64,000 bases of DNA from sequence record PP464953.1; one strand, 5' to 3'. A program made the position numbers and the translations under genes. The stretch is from Escherichia phage ECP2309. A model generated the notes under the pieces. The model was not told where the DNA came from, did no database searches, and saw nothing but the letters and a program-made list of their open reading frames with translations. Of this stretch, positions 1 to 9,210 are shown one piece after another (position 1 is the stretch's first letter; each line of letters starts with the position of its first letter).

Positions 1-433
1 GGCGGACGAAATGGGAATACTTCTCATTCTTATAACAATTCTCAAATATCAAGGCAGTGAGGCAAATTAATAGGTGAGGCCGTTCACACAGTGGCACAAC
101 ATTTGCAACCTATCTTGTGTGGAGGAATGAGAATACCTATCATTGTGAGAACCATTATCATTACGGGCAATTTAACATAATACCCATTATGCGCACCACT
201 GGCGATACATACAGGGATTGATAACATGAGTTACTGTTTACGCATATAACAATTATATTTCTTACTATTTGTGTGGGATATAGTTAGCAACCAATAGATT
301 AGATATTGACCTGCAGACTTCTGACCGTCCAGACGTCTAAACGCCCACACACCAAGGGTTATACATACATTCCTGAATGTAAACAGGGCCGCAAAAATGC
401 TACCATACCAGTTTGTAAATTTTTCATGCAGCA

Positions 434-550
434 CTTGACAAAGAGGAGAAAAACTTGTCTGACACTTTTGCCACTTTTGACACTTTTACCTTTGACACAA
501 TGTCACACAATATGCCATAATCTGACACCTTATACACTTTCGACACAATA
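434..550. repeat. cluster of TGACAC(TTTT) direct repeats
   Basis: TTGACA/TGACAC copies at ~436, 460, 477, 492, 523, 542 and inverted TGTCAC at ~501; no ORF of 60 aa or more is credible here. Confidence 0.6.
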
Positions 551-585
551 ACGACTGTTATTATTTCATGTTTCATTGTTCACGT

Positions 586-645
586 ATAGACTATTCCCGC
601 ATAGACTGTTTACGCCTGGATAGTTTACACCTTGACAGTTTACAC
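586..645. repeat. tandem ~15-bp direct repeats with core GTTTAC
   Basis: atagactgtttacgcc / tagtttacacc / cagtttacac read directly; further copies near 235, 1047, 1091 and inverted near 379. Confidence 0.6.
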
Positions 646-657
646 AAAGATGATAAG

Positions 658-896
658 CCATGACATTCGTTTGCATGATAACAATTAACAAGTTAATAAT
701 ATATGACATAATATAAAAGCAGGGCAACTATTAGCAGATCTATAGTTGCCTTGCTTGTTATGTCATGATTAACTAAATACAAGGCAACTATGATCTGATT
801 AATAGATTGCAGACAAACTATCACGGGGGTGATTGTTACTGCTTTTATATTATGTCGCGACTCCGTCGCGCCATGCCATTCGTTTGCATAGTTGCC
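658..896. repeat. nested direct/inverted repeat block
   Basis: ccatgNcattcgtttgcat at 658-676 and 871-889; 16-bp inverted repeat gacataatataaaagc (705-720) / gcttttatattatgtc (841-856); GGCAACTAT at 723-731 and 783-791 with inverted ATAGTTGCC at 742-750 and 888-896. Confidence 0.65.
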
Positions 897-1500
897 TTAT
901 TGTTACAGGTAAAACAATTACATTGTTAACTATTTCTTATCTTTCTCTTAGTCATCTAATGATTCCAGTCAGTATAGTTATGTGCAGTAAACATTAGACG
1001 ACTAAAGATTTCTCTGATTATAGTAACCTATCGTGACAATTTAGGACTGTTTACGAAAAATGTTGACACTTGAGCTGATTTATGTTATGCAGTTTACACG
1101 AATAATTATTTTATGCAGGTATTGACTATTCCGTTATTCTGTGGTTGGAATAAATACTTTGCAGGCTATAGAATGATGTGCGTACGTGAATTCTGAGATC
1201 TGGCGGCTATAGTTACACCCGATTTTTCACGTAGGACACGCTTTTGTGGTTGTGTAAGTGTATGACTTATAAGGGTTTTTAATTGTTGACAGTATACTGA
1301 AGATGTGTATCAGGTTAAATTTTGTGCAATAGTTGCATTACGTGCATTTTTGGAAGGAAAAACGTGTAAAAATGGCCCTGCTACCACACAATGAAAGATT
1401 ATGCAATAGTTATTTTCCATGTATATTTGTACAGTATGTGGGATTGATGGCTAGTCAATTATTCCACTTGCCAGGTAGGGCCGTTTATGGTAGGAGAAGA

Positions 1501-1533
1501 GCAGACAAAAAGAAAGGGGCCTTTAAGCCCCTT
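1501..1533 (-). terminator. rho-independent terminator closing the early array
   Basis: stem AAGGGGC/GCCCCTT followed on the minus strand by TCTTTTTGTCT; 20 nt downstream of the stop at 1552. Confidence 0.6.
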
Positions 1534-1551
1534 GATAATTCAGTTAAGAAA

Positions 1552-1971
1552 TTATAATGATTCGTATATTTCAAAAATCCGATTTGCCAGGTCGTTACGG
1601 TAGCGGAATTTTTCCTCACGTTTGATCATAAGATCTTTATAGCCGTACTCTTTAAGCACTTCATTAACTTTATGGCGGCATACTTTCATATTATCCTGCG
1701 CGTCACCAATAAATCTGTTGCTATGGTGCATGGCTTTAATTTCTTCTTCCAGGACCAGGGCAACTATGCGGACCGGATCAAGCTGATAGGCGGTAACATC
1801 CATGCGGCATTGTAAACGGCTTTTTACGTCTGCCACCGGATATACTGCAACCTCTTCCCCGTCAACATTGACAATAATTAGTTTACCATCGATTTCGAAT
1901 CCTTTCGCCGCCGGACCGTGACAAAAAGCGTTATCAAAGCTATATGCCGGATTATTAGATTTAATGTTCAT
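1552..1971 (-). CDS. hypothetical early protein
   Basis: track ORF 139 aa; ATG preceded by AAGAGGT. Confidence 0.6.
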   Translation of the reverse strand: MNIKSNNPAYSFDNAFCHGPAAKGFEIDGKLIIVNVDGEEVAVYPVADVKSRLQCRMDVTAYQLDPVRIVALVLEEEIKAMHHSNRFIGDAQDNMKVCRHKVNEVLKEYGYKDLMIKREEKFRYRNDLANRIFEIYESL

Positions 1972-2115
1972 GGTGTTTTTACCTCTTAGTTAATTTTCTT
2001 ACAACTTCCCTTCAAAAAAGAATATAGCAAAACTGCCGATCCCTGTCAACCAGGGATAGCATAATTTTTATGTGATCAAGGGGCTTTATTGCCCCTGACC
2101 ATGTAACTTGTTGTA

Positions 2116-2379
2116 TTATTTGTTGCTCATCCAGTTTTCCCAAGCTGCCTGATAATCTGCCTCACTACGGCGGATCTCTTCTTGCTCTTCAAGGCGGATC
2201 TCTTCTTCCAGGTACCCCAAGATGTCAGCCTTTTTAGTCTGGCGTAGCATCCAGTCATCTTTTTTGCGAGTGAAGATCTTATAAGCTTTCTCGCAAACCT
2301 CTTTTTTGCTACCTTTCTGGACTTCAAGAACACGATAAGCCATATATTGAACTAATTTGAGCTGATCAAGACGTTTCAT
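2116..2379 (-). CDS. hypothetical early protein
   Basis: track ORF 87 aa; SD AAAGAGGT; own promoter and hairpin upstream. Confidence 0.6.
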   Translation of the reverse strand: MKRLDQLKLVQYMAYRVLEVQKGSKKEVCEKAYKIFTRKKDDWMLRQTKKADILGYLEEEIRLEEQEEIRRSEADYQAAWENWMSNK

Positions 2380-2433
2380 GATGTTTACCTCTTTGTGCGG
2401 TTCTGATTAGTGGGCCTTTTGGCCCGTGTCATT

Positions 2434-2462
2434 ATCTTATTACTTATGGCGGCAGAATTCAA
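2434..2462 (-). promoter_or_regulatory. sigma70-like promoter TTGAAT-N17-TAAGAT
   Basis: read on minus strand; followed by hairpin GGGCC-TTTT-GGCCC (2412-2425) and SD before ATG at 2379. Confidence 0.5.
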
Positions 2463-2712
2463 GCGTTTTTAATTGATAATCTTCCTCAGCCTGGAGTACG
2501 ACCGCCTCGATCATTTCGTTGGCATTGTTAAAGCCATAACCTTTAGCGAACTCATCCGCGCCACCTTCGTGATCATGTTCTGCGTTCATCGCTTCCACAA
2601 AATGGAATTCCAAATTGTTGAGGTAGGGGCTTGATGTTCCGTCCTCTTTTTCGATGAGATCCCAAATAGCATTAAAACGTGATTCGACTTCTTGATTAAT
2701 CCAGCTTGACAT
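2440..2712 (-). CDS. hypothetical early protein
   Basis: track ORF 90 aa; SD AGGAGAGAGG. Confidence 0.6.
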   Translation of the reverse strand: MSSWINQEVESRFNAIWDLIEKEDGTSSPYLNNLEFHFVEAMNAEHDHEGGADEFAKGYGFNNANEMIEAVVLQAEEDYQLKTLEFCRHK

Positions 2713-2766
2713 AGTGTTTTCCTCTCTCCTGGTTGTTGTGTGGGCACTTTTGCCCCTTCAAGATAA

Positions 2767-2795
2767 ATGTTACCTCACCCCATGGCAGATGTCAA
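2767..2795 (-). promoter_or_regulatory. sigma70-like promoter TTGACA-N17-TAACAT
   Basis: followed by hairpin GGGCA..TGCCC (2742-2756) then SD and ATG at 2712. Confidence 0.55.
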
Positions 2796-2826
2796 CGGTT
2801 TTTATAGTTCTTATATGACAGGCAGG

Positions 2827-2845
2827 CCCGGTGATTGTCTCCCCC
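2827..2845 (-). repeat. GGGAGACAAYCACCGGG motif copy
   Basis: reverse complement of the motif found on the plus strand at 12451-12468 and 12585-12603. Confidence 0.5.
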
Positions 2846-2929
2846 TGTTCCCAAGTGCCGCCCGTTTAATAAGAATAGCAAAAGGGGCCGAACAAGTCAA
2901 CCCCAAAATCAGTACCAAAACACTTTTAT

Positions 2930-3241
2930 TTATACGGTCCGATCATTGGCCTTTGTCCAGGACCTGGCGATCCGTTTCCCGGTCACCTGGAACGGAGGCT
3001 GCATTGTGTGTAATGAGTCCAGAGTAAGGGAGGACCGTTTACGGCGTATCTTCAGGATCGCTAACGTATTGTCCATCTCACGGCCAGGTCCTGGGCGGTA
3101 TGGTGTGCCTCCAGCGTTAAGGTTGATGATCTCATGTATTGAGATCCGGCGTTGTTTTGCTTCCGCATCTTTGAAGATAGCCAGCGGAGGCGCTATGCGT
3201 TGCCGATACCAATCTAAAACGGTTGGCGTAATAGCGATCAT
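2930..3241 (-). CDS. hypothetical protein
   Basis: track ORF 103 aa; start overlaps upstream stop (ATGA). Confidence 0.5.
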   Translation of the reverse strand: MIAITPTVLDWYRQRIAPPLAIFKDAEAKQRRISIHEIINLNAGGTPYRPGPGREMDNTLAILKIRRKRSSLTLDSLHTMQPPFQVTGKRIARSWTKANDRTV

Positions 3242-3429
3242 ATTTTACCCCCTATGTAGTCCGGTCGGTTTTTCTCTGTCATACGCTTAAGCAATTCTTG
3301 CATGTTGCTTATGGCTTGTAGTGTATCCTCTTCAAGGGATGAATCAAGATAATCAGGATCATTCTTCACCTTGCAATGATTATGATAACGCAGTACCGCC
3401 AGTACTTTTTTAACTTCTTCCGCTGTCAT
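3238..3429 (-). CDS. hypothetical protein
   Basis: track ORF 63 aa; weak SD. Confidence 0.45.
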   Translation of the reverse strand: MTAEEVKKVLAVLRYHNHCKVKNDPDYLDSSLEEDTLQAISNMQELLKRMTEKNRPDYIGGKI

Positions 3430-3574
3430 TATCGCGCCTAAAACAATGAGTTAATATATAACACCAGATCGCTGACTACCAGGACAACATTAATCAGCAC
3501 ATACCTAACCATAAAGGGAAAGATCGCCAACATTGCCGCCACGATCCCCATGGTAATAATTATCTTTCTCATGG

Positions 3575-3859
3575 TTAACGGTTCACGTAAGTTTTCCCGT
3601 TCACGGTTATGGGCAGATCCTCCAGGTCTGGATCTTCCTTAAGGTCGCGAGCAAGCTCACCGCACCGGATACCCTCGAATCCGTAGTACTCTGTTGTGCC
3701 GTCCTTAAAAGTTTTAGCGGCAAGGCATAAGCGATAAGTAACCCCGATTTGATTGACGGCATGAATATCCGTTAGATTAACCTCTTTTGCCAGCTCTTTA
3801 GCCATTACAGGCGCATTAAGTCCAACAACCAGGGTAACCACTGCGATCATCTTTTTCAT
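3575..3859 (-). CDS. secreted protein with N-terminal signal peptide
   Basis: MKKMIAVVTLVVGLNAPVMA signal-like N-terminus; SD AAGAGGA. Confidence 0.6.
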   Translation of the reverse strand: MKKMIAVVTLVVGLNAPVMAKELAKEVNLTDIHAVNQIGVTYRLCLAAKTFKDGTTEYYGFEGIRCGELARDLKEDPDLEDLPITVNGKTYVNR

Positions 3860-3950
3860 TGTGTCTATCCTCTTTCTGCTACGTTTAAGGCGGCGGTAAC
3901 CGCCTGTTTATGCTTTGTTGGTTAATTTTCAGGTATCTGTATAAATTAAA

Positions 3951-4166
3951 CTATGCTGTACGCTCAACTATAACAACGGTTTGGGGGATCTCCCCTTCCA
4001 CCACTAGTAAGGCCTTTTTCTGCGTGATAGATATCTTTACCCGTTGCAGCGTGGCGGTGAAGTCTTTCATTTCGTCACGCGGTGTTTTAGTGCAGTACCA
4101 GATCTCAGGCTTGCCGATCTGTAAGTTGCGTAAAAATTCCGTTTTGCCTGTTTTGTTAGTGATCAT
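3951..4166 (-). CDS. hypothetical protein
   Basis: track ORF 71 aa, colinear with neighbours; the competing plus-strand ORF 3910-4302 looks non-protein-like. Confidence 0.45.
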   Translation of the reverse strand: MITNKTGKTEFLRNLQIGKPEIWYCTKTPRDEMKDFTATLQRVKISITQKKALLVVEGEIPQTVVIVERTA

Positions 4167-4357
4167 TTGCCAACCTCACCCGATACCGTTGGAAGACAAG
4201 ATCATATTAGACATGGTTGCAATCAGGCCAATACCCAGGGCAATAACCAAGATCACTGCATCGATTAATTTCTGTTTCATGGTGTTTATTCTCTTCTGTT
4301 AGTAACCTTATTCATGGGGCCGCTACCACAGCCCCAGGGTAAGGCAGCTATGTGCTT

Positions 4358-4603
4358 TTAGTGTTTCATTCCAACCATCGCGGCACGGATCGCCGTAGTG
4401 CTGTACTTGAAGCCGTCCGGGGTCTTATCTTGTCCGGTTAGCTCCAGAAAAAGCATCATATCCCGCGCCGCATCATTACGATTAGCATTGGCGTTAATAA
4501 AGCCTTGGGCCAACCGGTACAATGACTCATCGTTATTAATCCAAAGGCTTACATTCCAATGAGTTTTGTTTTTGTAACCGTTATAACCTTTATTGCTTTT
4601 CAT
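4358..4603 (-). CDS. hypothetical early protein
   Basis: track ORF 4358-4684 trimmed to internal ATG (M28) with SD AGAGGT; the extension covers promoter and UTR. Confidence 0.55.
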   Translation of the reverse strand: MKSNKGYNGYKNKTHWNVSLWINNDESLYRLAQGFINANANRNDAARDMMLFLELTGQDKTPDGFKYSTTAIRAAMVGMKH

Positions 4604-4655
4604 GGTGTTTACCTCTTCTTTGTTCCAGGTGGCGGACCATTCCACCGCCTTATGT

Positions 4656-4684
4656 ATTATGCTTTGTAAGATGGCTGTTGTCAA
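4656..4684 (-). promoter_or_regulatory. sigma70-like promoter TTGACA-N17-CATAAT
   Basis: read on minus strand; 5'UTR hairpin at about 4628-4649. Confidence 0.55.
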
Positions 4685-4690
4685 ACTATT

Positions 4691-4870
4691 TTAACGATAA
4701 TCATCGTACGCTTTATTAACCTGGCGGATATAACATTCAAAAGCCAGATCAATAGATTTATATTCACGGATATACTCACCATAGGAAACCACATACATTT
4801 CTATAGCTTCCTCATATGCGAGGAGAATAGAATCTAAGCCTACGATCTCAGTCTTTGCAATAATAGCCAT
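4691..4870 (-). CDS. small hypothetical protein (59 aa)
   Basis: hand-translated MAIIAKTEIVGLDS...DDYR; below track size cutoff. Confidence 0.4.
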   Translation of the reverse strand: MAIIAKTEIVGLDSILLAYEEAIEMYVVSYGEYIREYKSIDLAFECYIRQVNKAYDDYR

Positions 4871-4945
4871 GATTTTTATCCTCTTTGTAGTTGGTGGGGT
4901 TCGTTGCCCCCTTTGATTTATATATTACAGTCTTATATGGTCATG

Positions 4946-5179
4946 TCAACTATTTTCAAAAAATTTTTCTGCTGTGATATTCTTCCCGGTAGGGTTCGCT
5001 ACTTTCAAAATTTTATCATGCACTGGACGCCCAAAAGAATAAGCGCCGTACACAGTAAACCAATAATCGCCGTCAGGTTGTACTATTACTGCCGCATATG
5101 GTACGCCTTTTTCGTTTTTGCTGACAAAATAGATCACGTTGCCATTAATAGCCTCGGCGCGTTTAATTTGTTCCATCAT
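4946..5179 (-). CDS. hypothetical protein
   Basis: track ORF 77 aa. Confidence 0.5.
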   Translation of the reverse strand: MMEQIKRAEAINGNVIYFVSKNEKGVPYAAVIVQPDGDYWFTVYGAYSFGRPVHDKILKVANPTGKNITAEKFFENS

Positions 5180-5234
5180 GATGATTTGCCTCTCTTTATT
5201 TTCATAATTGGGGGCCTTTTCGGCCCCGCCAGGT

Positions 5235-5519
5235 TTATTTATTGATAGCGTGCAGCGGGAAAGCTACGCCAGGTTGATAAATAACCTTTACAACCTCATC
5301 AGGACAAAAGAAGTTGCAGAACTCACCGCAATAGGCCTCATCCTCTTTCAACTCTTCATCAACATACTCAAAAAAGTAGTCGATGCTTGGATAATCCTGG
5401 CCGTGATTATAGTCAACCATCGTTAATAATAACTCTTGATCATTCCGTAGGATGTGCATACCCGCTTTTAAGTATTTTGCTTCCATTTCTACTACATTGC
5501 CAGCGGTAACAATAGCCAT
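5235..5519 (-). CDS. hypothetical early protein
   Basis: track ORF 94 aa; SD TAGGAG. Confidence 0.6.
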   Translation of the reverse strand: MAIVTAGNVVEMEAKYLKAGMHILRNDQELLLTMVDYNHGQDYPSIDYFFEYVDEELKEDEAYCGEFCNFFCPDEVVKVIYQPGVAFPLHAINK

Positions 5520-5574
5520 GATTTTAACTCCTATCTATCTGGTCAACGATTGGGGGCCTCCCCCTCGACAACTC

Positions 5575-5604
5575 TTATTATCCATATTGTCGGGAATGAT
5601 GCAA
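5575..5604 (-). promoter_or_regulatory. sigma70-like promoter TTGCAT-N18-TAATAA
   Basis: followed by hairpin GGGGG..CCCCC (5552-5564). Confidence 0.45.
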
Positions 5605-5650
5605 GTACTTCTTTAAAAATTTTTTAAGCGCCCCGTATGCCGTTGTAACG

Positions 5651-5686
5651 CCAAAATAATAAAGGCCATGCAACCGCATGGCCTTT
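5651..5686 (-). terminator. rho-independent terminator
   Basis: stem AAAGGCCATGC/GCATGGCCTTT followed on minus strand by ATTATTTTGG; a second, plus-oriented hairpin AGGCCC..GGGCCT + TATTTTG lies at 5705-5730. Confidence 0.6.
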
Positions 5687-5721
5687 ATGTGATTATATTG
5701 CTGTAGGCCCTGCCTGGGGCC

Positions 5722-6072
5722 TTATTTTGCATTCTTGCCTGTATTGCCGCCACGGTACCAGCGTTTGCGGTGAAAATGGTAATAATCACCCTCGGCATTA
5801 AACATCAGATGATTTTCAATAACCAGCTTACGAAGGTGGGCCGGATCTTGTTCCATTCTTGCCAGATTCCGGCGGCTGTTACGTAAGCGTATAAATTCCA
5901 TATTCAGGCCGTTGATTGCAGCATGGATGTCAAAGTAACCACCTTTGAGACGTTCACGCATGGCGTTAAGCTCAACACAATATACAGATTTCTCACAAAT
6001 CAAGGTATTAGCTAGGGCGCGGACCTGGGCAAGGGGGTTAAGCTCATTAAGGTAATATAGTTTGACTTTCAT
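5722..6072 (-). CDS. hypothetical protein
   Basis: track ORF 116 aa. Confidence 0.55.
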   Translation of the reverse strand: MKVKLYYLNELNPLAQVRALANTLICEKSVYCVELNAMRERLKGGYFDIHAAINGLNMEFIRLRNSRRNLARMEQDPAHLRKLVIENHLMFNAEGDYYHFHRKRWYRGGNTGKNAK

Positions 6073-6089
6073 AAAATCGCCTGCTGAAA

Positions 6090-6389
6090 TTAGTTTGAGA
6101 AAACATCGTTCACAATAGCGATCACAATGCCGCCCACCTTGTCACGGTCAGCAATGCACAAATCACCATGGATCATGCGGTAGTCTGGATGATCTTTCAC
6201 AGAATAGTCAATAAGTGTTTTCTTGTCGTCCAGCTTCGTAACTTCCATTCTCATAACGATATGAGAATCATCAAAGGCATTATTCCGAAAAGTCATAGCC
6301 TGACCGCCAGGGCACCCGGTGATCTCAACTTCCACGCCGTCTACGATCTGACCATCAAAGAAATAGAGATTATTGGCGGGTATAAACAT
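6090..6389 (-). CDS. hypothetical protein
   Basis: track ORF trimmed to ATG (M8) with AAGGAG 8 nt upstream. Confidence 0.55.
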   Translation of the reverse strand: MFIPANNLYFFDGQIVDGVEVEITGCPGGQAMTFRNNAFDDSHIVMRMEVTKLDDKKTLIDYSVKDHPDYRMIHGDLCIADRDKVGGIVIAIVNDVFSN

Positions 6390-6433
6390 GATCATTGCTC
6401 CTTTTTGCACTGATTATTTTAACAGGGTTTAAA

Positions 6434-6478
6434 TTTACTTTATTGATGGCCCTGGAGTCAAGGCCATCTAAAAATAAA
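6434..6478 (-). repeat. palindromic promoter/operator element, copy 1
   Basis: tttactttattGATGGCCctggagtcaaGGCCATCtaaaaataaa; minus-strand TTGACT inside the palindrome, N18, TAAATT. Confidence 0.7.
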
Positions 6479-6480
6479 TT

Positions 6481-6681
6481 TTACAGATCTACAATCTCTT
6501 TAATTCGTTTTACTGCTGCCTCAGCGCCTTGAGGGTAGAAATTATGATAACCAATCACGCGGGTAATACTGATCGCCGCTTGGTGGTCCTCGTAGTCGCC
6601 TTTGAATATTTCTTGACCATCAACCAGCACAGCAATTTTTTCTTCTTTTTTGAAGTTAATAACGCGGATATTGTTGCTCAT
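6481..6681 (-). CDS. hypothetical protein
   Basis: track ORF 66 aa. Confidence 0.5.
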   Translation of the reverse strand: MSNNIRVINFKKEEKIAVLVDGQEIFKGDYEDHQAAISITRVIGYHNFYPQGAEAAVKRIKEIVDL

Positions 6682-6782
6682 TTTGTTTCTCCTTTTGGAA
6701 CTTTGTCTGTGTGGTGGGGAGTGTCTCCCCGTTGATTGTTATTATCCATATTCTGGACCGGATTGCAACACTCAGGAAGAAA

Positions 6783-6822
6783 AATTTTTTGAAAAAAGTT
6801 AGGCCCCCAGGGATCGGGGGCC
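6783..6822 (-). terminator. rho-independent terminator
   Basis: stem GGCCCCC/GGGGGCC followed on minus strand by a T-run. Confidence 0.6.
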
Positions 6823-6826
6823 GTTA

Positions 6827-6946
6827 TCAGTTGCTTACAGCGATAAAATACATCCCTACGCCTAACAATATTTCAAGGGCGATGATCTCAAGCCATACCA
6901 TAACACGGCGCGCCTTATCGGTGCGGGGCTTATCCTTGGTTGTCAT
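6827..6946 (-). CDS. small hydrophobic peptide (39 aa)
   Basis: hand-translated MTTKDKPRTDKARRVMVWLEIIALEILLGVGMYFIAVSN; terminator directly downstream. Confidence 0.35.
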   Translation of the reverse strand: MTTKDKPRTDKARRVMVWLEIIALEILLGVGMYFIAVSN

Positions 6947-7165
6947 CGTCTCCCCCTTCCCTCCTGCTAGCAGTTACGTGGTTTGCAATGGCCCCCAGTA
7001 GTCCGATCACGACACACATCGCAAGAAAAATTATCTCTCCCGTTGTTCGATCCATTGTTATAAAACCTCTCAAGATCAGGCCTAAAAGTAAATCTTTCGT
7101 TATTGAATCCGTCACGCCAGGCGGCTGGCTTCAAATCTTCACTAAATGGATTAATTAACGTGGCA

Positions 7166-7537
7166 TTATTTAAACGGTTGGCCCACATATTTTCTATTCC
7201 TCTCAAATAAGCGATCCGCCTCAGTTAAACAAATCTCATGGGCGTGATCTCTGGTTTTAGCTTCATCGAAAACCTGTTGTGCAAGGCTGCAACGTAGGGA
7301 GACTGGGAGATCACTATAATAGGCGTTGACAAACGTTTGAGCGTCGTACAGGTCTGAAAATACTTTACCCTTTCTATTATTCCCCTTGTCAACAATTGCA
7401 AGGATAACCAATACAATAGTTGCAACCACCCCCAGGAAAATAGATATAATAAACCATAAAAAGGCGGATCTCCCCATCTTGCCAGCGATCCAGGCGTTAA
7501 ACAAGGCAACCAATATAGCCAAAATAATAAATTCCAT
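7166..7537 (-). CDS. membrane protein (two predicted TM helices)
   Basis: track ORF trimmed to M12 with SD AAGAGGT; hydrophobic stretches FIILAILVALF and WFIISIFLGVVATIVLVILAIV. Confidence 0.55.
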   Translation of the reverse strand: MEFIILAILVALFNAWIAGKMGRSAFLWFIISIFLGVVATIVLVILAIVDKGNNRKGKVFSDLYDAQTFVNAYYSDLPVSLRCSLAQQVFDEAKTRDHAHEICLTEADRLFERNRKYVGQPFK

Positions 7538-7601
7538 TCTATGTACCTCTTTTACAGTTCTGATCAACAATAAGGCGGCAAATATGCCGCCTGTTACCTG
7601 A

Positions 7602-7982
7602 TTAAAAATTATCGCCGTAAATCTTTCCGCTTTCTACCCATACCACCACGCGAGGCATACTATCCCACACGTCTTGTTTTAGATTGAGCGCGTGCAATTC
7701 TTCGGTGGTGCTCATACCGGGCACGGGCTGATTGTATACTGCAAAACGACCACCCGCATAATCATAGGCCAGGGTTAAATCACACTGGATCATCTTTTTG
7801 ATCATGGCATTAAGCATGGCGTTAGCCGCATACTGATCACGTTTTAAAGGCAACTCTTTGATTAGTTTGCGATAGTTTTCGATATGGTCGCACACTGTTT
7901 CACGCGGAAGATCTTTCATATCTTCACGGAATGTAACCAGGTTAAACATAACGGTGTCAATAGCCTTGGTAGTGGTTTTCAT
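7602..7982 (-). CDS. hypothetical early protein
   Basis: track ORF 126 aa; SD AAGAGGA. Confidence 0.6.
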   Translation of the reverse strand: MKTTTKAIDTVMFNLVTFREDMKDLPRETVCDHIENYRKLIKELPLKRDQYAANAMLNAMIKKMIQCDLTLAYDYAGGRFAVYNQPVPGMSTTEELHALNLKQDVWDSMPRVVVWVESGKIYGDNF

Positions 7983-8071
7983 GATTTTATCCTCTTTGTT
8001 TTGTGTGGGGCAAGACGTTTGCCCCTTGAGTTTTTAATATAGCAGGTTTTTAGATTATTGCAACACTTTAT

Positions 8072-8695
8072 TTATGAAAAACTCATCTCCCCATATTCAT
8101 CCACATCAAACCGCCAATCATTGGCCTCGATAAGGCCGATCAAGTATTCTGCGGTGAACTGTTCTAGATAGGCCTCCTCCAGGTCTACGTAAACCTTGCG
8201 GGATAGCTCCCGTACCGTCTCGGTGATCAGTTCTTCCAGGTCTTCCACTTTGTTTTCTTGTTTGGCGGTCAGATCTAGCCAAGTGGTATCAATGTACCCG
8301 CTTACAGTGTTTTCATGGCTGTAATGGCTGTACTTGTCGCGTTCAACACTGGCTGATAACTCGCCATCGTGCATTGTGCCGAACAAGTGACGAATTGATC
8401 TGAACTTGGTCAGGGCCTTGACTTTACGCAAAAATTTTTCTAAATCCACGTTTTCAGCACTGATTGACGCGCCGTCACCCTGGCACCAAAAGCCGGACCA
8501 ATGTACTTCGGTATCTTCAAGGCCGTACTCTGGAAAAACTTGTTCTTTATAGTATTCAATTACATTTTCTGCGAAAAAATCATCCCCGCTGCGTTCTTCT
8601 CTTTCGCGGACCATTTCAATGGCTTTTTCTTTTTGTTCGTCGGTTAGCACGTCGAAAGATAAATTGTAACCTGTGGTAATGTTAACGGTGGTCAT
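8072..8695 (-). CDS. hypothetical acidic early protein
   Basis: track ORF 207 aa; SD AGGAGA; own promoter. Confidence 0.65.
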   Translation of the reverse strand: MTTVNITTGYNLSFDVLTDEQKEKAIEMVREREERSGDDFFAENVIEYYKEQVFPEYGLEDTEVHWSGFWCQGDGASISAENVDLEKFLRKVKALTKFRSIRHLFGTMHDGELSASVERDKYSHYSHENTVSGYIDTTWLDLTAKQENKVEDLEELITETVRELSRKVYVDLEEAYLEQFTAEYLIGLIEANDWRFDVDEYGEMSFS

Positions 8696-8752
8696 GATAT
8701 TTTCTCCTGTTTTCTTTGTTAGTGGCGGGAAGTTTTCCCGCCTGTGTGTTTA

Positions 8753-8780
8753 ATTATACTTATTGAGATTTACTTGTCAA
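8753..8780 (-). promoter_or_regulatory. sigma70-like promoter TTGACA-N16-TATAAT
   Basis: followed by hairpin GGCGGGA..TCCCGCC (8724-8742), SD, ATG at 8695. Confidence 0.65.
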
Positions 8781-9030
8781 CACTATTTTTTAAATTATTG
8801 TGGCGCAAAATGTTTAAAATCTCCTCAACGTCATCAACACGGCGGCAATTTTTAAACGCTACCAATTGCCCCATGATTTTAATCACTGGGCGGCCTTGCC
8901 AGTGACCCTGGAGAAAGCGCGCCTTGACTTTATCGGTGGAACTATCACGCCACCAAATAGCCTTGTTGTTGCAGTAGTAAAAATTATTCAGGATAACATC
9001 AACTTTATCAAAATTTTTTAATTTACGCAT
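8770..9030 (-). CDS. hypothetical protein
   Basis: track ORF 86 aa; SD AAAGGAG. Confidence 0.6.
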   Translation of the reverse strand: MRKLKNFDKVDVILNNFYYCNNKAIWWRDSSTDKVKARFLQGHWQGRPVIKIMGQLVAFKNCRRVDDVEEILNILRHNNLKNSVDK

Positions 9031-9062
9031 GGCGTTTACTCCTTTCTCTCTTTGATGTGGTT

Positions 9063-9090
9063 AGTATAGCTAACCTGTTGACGATGTCAA
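9063..9090 (-). promoter_or_regulatory. sigma70-like promoter TTGACA-N16-TATACT
   Basis: read on minus strand upstream of ATG at 9030. Confidence 0.55.
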
Positions 9091-9210
9091 TGATATTTTT
9101 AACGCCATAAAACGGCCCTGGGCGATGTTTTCAGGTTAAGGGGGGCGATTGCATAGGTGGGGGCCTTTTTGGCGCTTACAGGGCCAACCAGGGGCGCTAT
9201 TAGTAGGATA

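Noticed and set aside
6930-7206. Two overlapping minus-strand track ORFs (6930-7115 and 6967-7206)
   Set aside because: They are mutually exclusive and neither has a convincing start; I did not call either, although a short membrane peptide starting near 7055 is possible
8072-8695. ArdA-type antirestriction assignment for the 207-aa acidic protein
   Set aside because: The characteristic ArdA N-terminal motif as I recall it is absent; acidity alone is not enough, so it stays hypothetical
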